Part shown: positions 26,879 through 32,000 of the stretch, in pieces
How positions within the stretch are numbered: the first letter of the stretch is position 1
Layout of the letters: each line of letters begins with the position of its first letter
Assembly (NCBI GenBank): GCA_963804165.1
Contig: CAWDPO010000011.1
Location: 51,759 to 83,758, forward strand
Direction of reading: 5' to 3'
DNA length: 32,000 nt
From: an uncultured delta proteobacterium
GTDB lineage: Bacteria > Desulfobacterota > Binatia > UBA9968
Program-made: the position numbers and the translations under genes
Notes under the pieces: generated by a model
Told to the model about the DNA's origin: nothing
Databases searched by the model: none
Seen by the model: the letters and a program-made list of their open reading frames with translations, nothing else

Positions 26879-27133
26879 CTAAGACAGACGTGTTACGCGA
26901 GTGAAAAATCCCGGAATAAGACAGATGAAAAACTTTTTCAGATATCGTTTGGCGCGCCCTGTTGAGGCGCCGTAACGCTGACGCCACTCTTCCTGCGCCC
27001 ACAGCTCCCGCTGCACTCTCATGCGATCCGCCCTGGTTAAGCGTTGCTCACAGACCGGGCCACGGCAGCAGCGACAGATCAGAGAGAGGCCGCAATCCTC
27101 TGTGTGAAATAAATGGTTCATGGTCAGTTCCAT
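26879..27133 (-). CDS. Small Cys-rich hypothetical protein
   Basis: 84 aa MELTMNHLFHTEDCGLSLICRCCRGPVCEQRLTRADRMRVQRELWAQEEWRQRYGASTGRAKRYLKK; only weak support beyond ORF and biased composition. Confidence 0.3.
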   Translation of the reverse strand: MELTMNHLFHTEDCGLSLICRCCRGPVCEQRLTRADRMRVQRELWAQEEWRQRYGASTGRAKRYLKKFFICLIPGFFTRVTRLS

Positions 27134-27289
27134 CGATCCGGATGGAAATTAACCACTATCCGCATTAGAGTACAGATTCAGTTACATGAAATTAGAACCA
27201 TAACAGTTTTAATTTCTTGCAACTGTACCGGCGCAGTTTCACCACTGCTGTATCTGCCAAAAAAGCGAAGGGAGCGTTAGTATCGGCTC

Positions 27290-28732
27290 ATGCTTAAGCA
27301 AGACTCTCGAAGTGTGGACCTGCTTTACGAGCGAGTCGCGGATCACATCACCCAGCTTATCGAAAGGGCACTTTGCACGCAGGTGAGCGGCTTCCATCGA
27401 TCCGTAAACTGAGCTCGCAGATGGACGTCAGCATTTCCACGGTGCTCCAGGCCTACATGACTCTCGAAGATAGGAACTGGATCGAGGCCAAACCGCAATC
27501 GGGATTTTACGTGAGGCCAGCGCGCAATCTTCCGCCTGAGCCGAAGGCATCGACCCCGTCACCGCTTGTCACGCGCGTCGGCGTGAGCGAGCTCGTCGCG
27601 CAGGTTTTTCAGTCCGCGCATGACCCGGAGATGATTCAACTGGCGCTATCCACGCCAAGCCCGGATCATCTTCCGGTCAAAAGATTGAACCGACTGATGG
27701 CCGCCGCCACGGCGAGGTCGGGCGCCCGCGCCTTGAGTTACGATTTTCCTCCCGGCTACGCCCCGCTCAGACATGAGATTGCCAAGCGGTCGATCGACTG
27801 CAGGATGCCGGCTCTCCGAAAATGAGATCGTCACGACCCATGGAACGATGGAGGCGCTGAATCTCTGCCTTCGCGCAGTTGCGAAGGCGGGTGATATCGT
27901 TGCGATCGAATCGCCCGCGTTCTACGGAACCTTACAAATTATCGAAAGCCTCGGAATGAAGGCGTTGGAGATCCCTGCCGATCCGAGGGATGGAATTATT
28001 CTCGATGCCTTGGCTTCGGCAATTCGGCGACAAAAGGTTAAAGCCTGCCTGTTCGTTCTGAATTTCAGCAATCCCCTGGGGAGTTGCATGCCGGACGCCA
28101 ACAAGAAGGAGTTGGTCGAATTACTCGCGCGGCGTGAAATTCCGCTGATCGAAGACGACATCTACGGTGACTTGTGTTTTGGCTCGGTTCGACCCAGAAC
28201 TGCAAAAGCCTACGACAAACAAGGACTCGTGCTTTTGTGCTCTTCGTTCTCGAAGACCCTGGCTCCGGGATATCGGGTTGGCTGGACGGCGCCGGGCCGG
28301 TTCAAGCCGCAAGTCGAAAGCCTCAAGTTTACGAGCTCCATGGCGACCGTCACTGCGCCACAGATGGCGATCGCGGATTTTTTGCAAAGCGGCGGCTACG
28401 ATCGTTACCTGAGAAAGCTTCGCCGGATCCTAATGGCCCAAGTTCAGCAGATGAGCAATGCCGTTGGCCGATACTTTCCCGCCGGTACGAAAGTCACGAG
28501 ACCGCAAGGCGGATATGTTCTCTGGGTCGAACTGCCGCGATCTGTCGATTCGCTCGACTTGCATCGCCGAGCGTTACAGCAAAAGATCAGCATCGCACCC
28601 GGCCCGATCTTTTCCGCCAAGCAGAAATATAAGAACTTTATTCGGCTAAGTTGCGGTCTGCCGTGGTCGGACAAGATCGATCGAGCGGTTCAAACTCTAG
28701 CGGAGTTGGCGCGGAAGTCTGATTCTTCGTAG
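27290..28732 (+). CDS. MocR-family transcriptional regulator (GntR HTH plus PLP aminotransferase fold I), two apparent frameshifts
   Basis: MLKQDSRSVDLLYERVADHITQLIER | LHAGERLPSIRKLSSQMDVSISTVLQAYMTLEDRNWIEAKPQSGFYVRP...ALSYDFPPGYAPLRHEIAKRSID | CRLSENEIVTTHGTMEALNLCLRAVAKAGDIVAIESPAFYG...LCSSFSKTLAPGYRVGW. Confidence 0.88.
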
Positions 28733-28832
28733 AGCACGGTAGGTAGATGACAGGCTCTCGATGGTCGTCTTGATCGAAAAGCAATCTGGTTCGCGCACGG
28801 ACCATTTTTTCCCGCGTTTTTGCCGTGCGGAC

Positions 28833-29087
28833 TCAGTTGTTTCTATAGGCTAAGACTTTCTCAAGCACAGGGTCTCGTCCAGCGAAATAGTCGGTAGCCG
28901 TAACCTGCACAGGAATGTCTCGGACGAGGGTGGGCGGGTCGTTTTGAATTCGCTTGAAGTGCTGTGTCGAATAAGAAACGGATATGCCTGAATTTGGCAA
29001 TGTGAAGTGTCTGTAGTCACCATACATATTTGGTCGAGATCCTGTCGGTTCGCCAATGGCTAGACTGGCATAGAAGTAACGCTTCAT
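28833..29087 (-). pseudogene. C-terminal remnant of an S41-peptidase-like protein
   Basis: ASLAIGEPTGSRPNMYGDYRHFTLPNSGISVSYSTQHFKRIQNDPPTLVRDIPVQVTATDYFAGRDPVLEKVLAY matches the C-terminal TSP-like pattern; frame closed immediately upstream by TAG and no N-terminal part seen. Confidence 0.55.
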
Positions 29088-29242
29088 TCTGTGTGGAATT
29101 TTGCCCTAGGAAGGTTTCGCTTTACGGTCGTAATGACGAACATTGGAGTGTCCGTCCATGGGCTTGTGTGGCGTTGCCGAATTGGGAAAAGGTGTTCGCA
29201 ATCACAGGCCAAATTTGGTTTGAAAGGCATTTGGCAGGTGTT

Positions 29243-29706
29243 CTACCTTTGTTGCCGTCTAGTTTTCTCTAAGAGCTTGATATCTCCAAGATCCTTGTTT
29301 CGGTTGGCGGCGCGTTTATTCTTGATTAGAAGATCTCGGCTAATAATGTAAACCGAAACTTCTGATATACTTCCGTGCTCCCGGCTATCCCAGGCATCCT
29401 CAAAGCTAACTCCGCTGATTCCTGTCAGTATGTCGATACGATTGGGCTCCCGCCCGAGTTGAATAACATGATCCACTTGCAGGAAATCGGTTCGTGTGAT
29501 GCCGGTCTGTCCGAAGCCGAAGGCTTCGATGACTTCCATCAATCTTTCGGCATTAGTGTCTTCCCGGAAACAAAGATATCAAGGTCGCCGGTATAACGCG
29601 GGCGGCCGTGAAAAGCCACGGCCCAGGCGCCGACGATCACGTACTTAACACTCTTGGTGTTGAGTAAGCGGATGAATTCGCGCAGATCGCTCGACAACGG
29701 CCGCAT
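29243..29706 (-). CDS. Nucleotidyltransferase (MNT/DUF6036-like), one frameshift near 29560
   Basis: MRPLSSDLREFIRLLNTKSVKYVIVGAWAVAFHGRPRYTGDLDIFVS | REDTNAERLMEVIEAFGFGQTG...GREPNRIDILTGISGVSFEDAW...ISRDLLIKNKRAANRNKDLGDIKLLE. Confidence 0.75.
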
Positions 29707-29836
29707 CAGGGTTCTCGGGCATGATCAATTCAAGGAGGATTTGGAGCTTCTCATTTCCGGAGAGCATCCGGTAATACTCACAGTCGGCATCATCGGCTTC
29801 ATCAAATGAGTCGAATTTTCGGACGACGATTTCCAT
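29645..29836 (-). CDS. Small protein partnered with nucleotidyltransferase (possible antitoxin-like)
   Basis: MEIVVRKFDSFDEADDADCEYYRMLSGNEKLQILLELIMPENPDAAVVERSARIHPLTQHQEC, 63 aa, overlapping the nucleotidyltransferase start by 62 bp. Confidence 0.6.
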   Translation of the reverse strand: MEIVVRKFDSFDEADDADCEYYRMLSGNEKLQILLELIMPENPDAAVVERSARIHPLTQHQEC

Positions 29837-29975
29837 GAAATTTCCGCGTGTACCGCTTCGAATGGCCTTTAGGATAGCACACTCGTCAGACAATCGACAG
29901 TCGCGTCGCGTCAACCCACCCGGTAATTCAAATGCTGCCACGAGCAGGTTAGGCCCGAACAAATTACCGACCGAC

Positions 29976-30660
29976 CTAGTTCACCGCGAAGCAGTAAAAC
30001 AAACCGTTTCCACCTGAGCTGCGCAACCCTTCTTGGCTGCATCCGCCGCTGGCATCTGTCCCGCGGGATGGGTGAGACGAGTTCCACGATTTGGAAGATT
30101 CGCCCTCGCCGCGTCCTTGGCGGTCGTGGTGACCGAGCATCGCCGAGCCTGTGGTGCTGCTCGTCCAGTTGCGGCAGGTTCTGTCCTCACTCGCCGGAGA
30201 AGGCACGGCCGTCGGGTTGAGAGCCGGTGAGTATATCGTGCATGTTCGGCTTGTCGCCGCGCGCGTTGATGGTTTCACCTTTCTCGCTAAGGGCGTTTTC
30301 TTTGTTGATCTTATTGTTGTTGCTGTGCAGATCATCGACGTCTTTGGCGATGACGACGCCTTTGGCGTTTTGCCAGGGACCTTTGCCGATGCGATCACGG
30401 GCGTTGACGGCGGGCTTGCCATCGGCTGCGCTGGTGCTCAAGTAGGCGTGCCAGGTGCGGTTGCCGGCACCGGCCGCTTGCGCAAGCGCTTGACAATGTT
30501 TGTCCGCGCCGGCCAAGCCGCCGAGATCGGCGCCCTTTCCGGAACCGGCGCTGGTGATGAAAAACGTCATGCTGCCTTTTTGTTCCTGCGAGCTGGCGAC
30601 CCAGCTTAGCGAAAGCAGCACCAGCAGAACGGCCAGTGACATCCAGACTTTGTTTTTCAT
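29976..30660 (-). CDS. Secreted DUF1554/lectin-like protein, one frameshift near 30210
   Basis: MKNKVWMSLAVLLVLLSLSWVASSQEQKGSMTFFITSAGSGKGADLGGLAGADKHCQALAQAAGAGNRTWHAYLSTSAADGKPAVNARDRIGKGPWQNAKGVVIAKDVDDLH...DILTGSQPDGRA | DRTCRNWTSSTTGSAMLGHHD...SWNSSHPSRG...CSQEGLRSSGGNGLFYCFAVN*. Confidence 0.75.
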
Positions 30661-30969
30661 GCTTTCCTCCTTGATTGAGCTCGTGCGGGCATGACTCCCA
30701 TCGTTTGGCGGACGATTCTATATCACACGAGCCGTGGGCGAGTGAAGATGGAGATAGAAAGAATGGCGCAAGGTCAGATAGAGCGGGAAACTCGTGGCGC
30801 ACCTTAATTCATATTTGCCCGTCTTGGATATCGGCGACTACGGTCTGGTTAGGTGATAGTGTGCTCAGATATGACTCGTGATAAGTTGACGCTCGCTTCG
30901 GTGATTTGTTAAACGGATGTCAGCTACCATCGGACTTTGAAAGTCGACGCGACAAATAGGAATCGAGCC

Positions 30970-32000
30970 ATGAGTCGAATCGTTCAATATATTTTCGGGT
31001 GCTTTACTTTTTTGATTTTCCTCTTTACGGGCGTGTCGCCGTCGGTTTTCGCAGCGACCATCGCCGAAGTCGCGGCCAAAGTAAAATCGCTCAAGCCGCA
31101 AGAACAGACTCAACTATCTTTTCAAGGGCGCGCAGGCCGAAGGAGAATTGGTTTACTACGGCACGCTGCCGATCGACGAGTTTTTGCCGCTCGCGCGCGT
31201 TTTCAACTCTCGCTATCGGTCGATTGCGCTGCAGCATTACTTTTCACCGCGCGATGGCATACTCAGCCGCACTTTGACCGAGGCGCGGGCGGGACGCCAC
31301 GCGGTCGATGTGATTCAGGTCGACCTGAGTTACGGTTATCAATTGCTGACCGCCAATCTGGTACAGCCCTATGCGGTCCCCGGTGCGAAACGTTTTTACG
31401 AGGGCACTTACGATCCGGAGGGTTACTGGCACAGCATGTACTATTTGACCACAGCGCTGATTTACAACACCAACGCCGTCAAGCCGGAACAGGCGCCGAA
31501 AAGCTATGACGAGCTACTTAGCTCCGCTTGGAAAGGCAAGATGCTATTCGATCCGGAGGCGGGCTATATTCTGGCGGCTCTGGAAGAAAGCTGGGGGCGA
31601 GAAAAGGCAGTCGCTTACTTGTCGAAGCTTGCCAAACAAGACTTGAGCTATCGACGCGGCGGCACACTGACGACACAAGTGGTGACCTCGGGCGAATATC
31701 CTCTCGGCATCGCGATCAACGGTGAAACTTCGGCGGCGATTCGCGAGAAGGGAGCTCCGCTGGGATTCAAAGTGCTGGCACCGACCATCGTCAAACCTGA
31801 AGGGCTGTTCTCGGCGAAGAACGCGCCCCATCCGCACGCCGCTTTGCTCTTTGTCGATTGGGTGCTCTCGGATGAAGCTCAGTCTTTTCTGGCGACGACG
31901 TTGGGCAAAGGCAGCGCGATGAAAGGGGTGCGCAGCAAGTTTAAGGATTTTCAAGTCAAGCCGGACTTCGTCGTGAGCCCCAAGCTCGGCGCCAATCTGC
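30970..32000 (+). CDS. ABC transporter extracellular substrate-binding protein (iron(III)/polyamine-type), 3' end outside window, one frameshift near 31105
   Basis: MSRIVQYIFGCFTFLIFLFTGVSPSVFAATIAEVAAKVKSLKPQE | GAQAEGELVYYGTLPIDEFLPLARVFNSRYRSIALQHYFSPRDGILSRTLTEARAGRHAVDVIQV...YYLTTALIYNTNAVKPEQAPKSYDELLSSAWKGKMLFDPEAGYILAALEE. Confidence 0.82.

Overview
32 kb window from an uncultured-bacterium-like chromosome with a mixed metabolic gene complement. No rRNA, tRNA or CRISPR array was recognised. Main contents, left to right: (1) a GrdE-like gene (5'-truncated by the window) followed by a GrdB-like gene that reads through an in-frame UGA at codon 350, where GrdB proteins carry selenocysteine, with a hairpin just downstream; (2) a cupin gene, two truncated gene remnants meeting at breakpoints, and a secreted FN3/LamG-like repeat protein; (3) an enolase-superfamily gene plus a UbiD-family decarboxylase; (4) a REP/RAYT remnant, a MITE-like element, a 2-hydroxyacid dehydrogenase pseudogene, a frameshift-riddled YVTN propeller-cupredoxin gene, and an ECF sigma/anti-sigma pair; (5) a tight three-gene minus-strand operon: glycosyltransferase, membrane-embedded class-III aminotransferase with an Mpo1-like C-terminal domain, and PEMT/ICMT-like methyltransferase, next to GDPD and PAP2 genes; (6) a tctABC tripartite tricarboxylate transporter, a pyruvoyl-dependent arginine decarboxylase, a histidine phosphatase and an Asp/Glu racemase with a second copy of the MITE directly upstream; (7) a MocR-like regulator, an S41-like C-terminal remnant, a nucleotidyltransferase plus small-protein pair, a secreted DUF1554/lectin-like protein, and a solute-binding protein running off the window. 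Many conserved genes are split by single-base frameshifts, so either sequencing indels or real pseudogenisation is widespread and should be resolved before biological interpretation. Strongest leads: the noncanonical Sec-GrdB/GrdE-like pair, the membrane aminotransferase operon, and the paired MITE-like elements.
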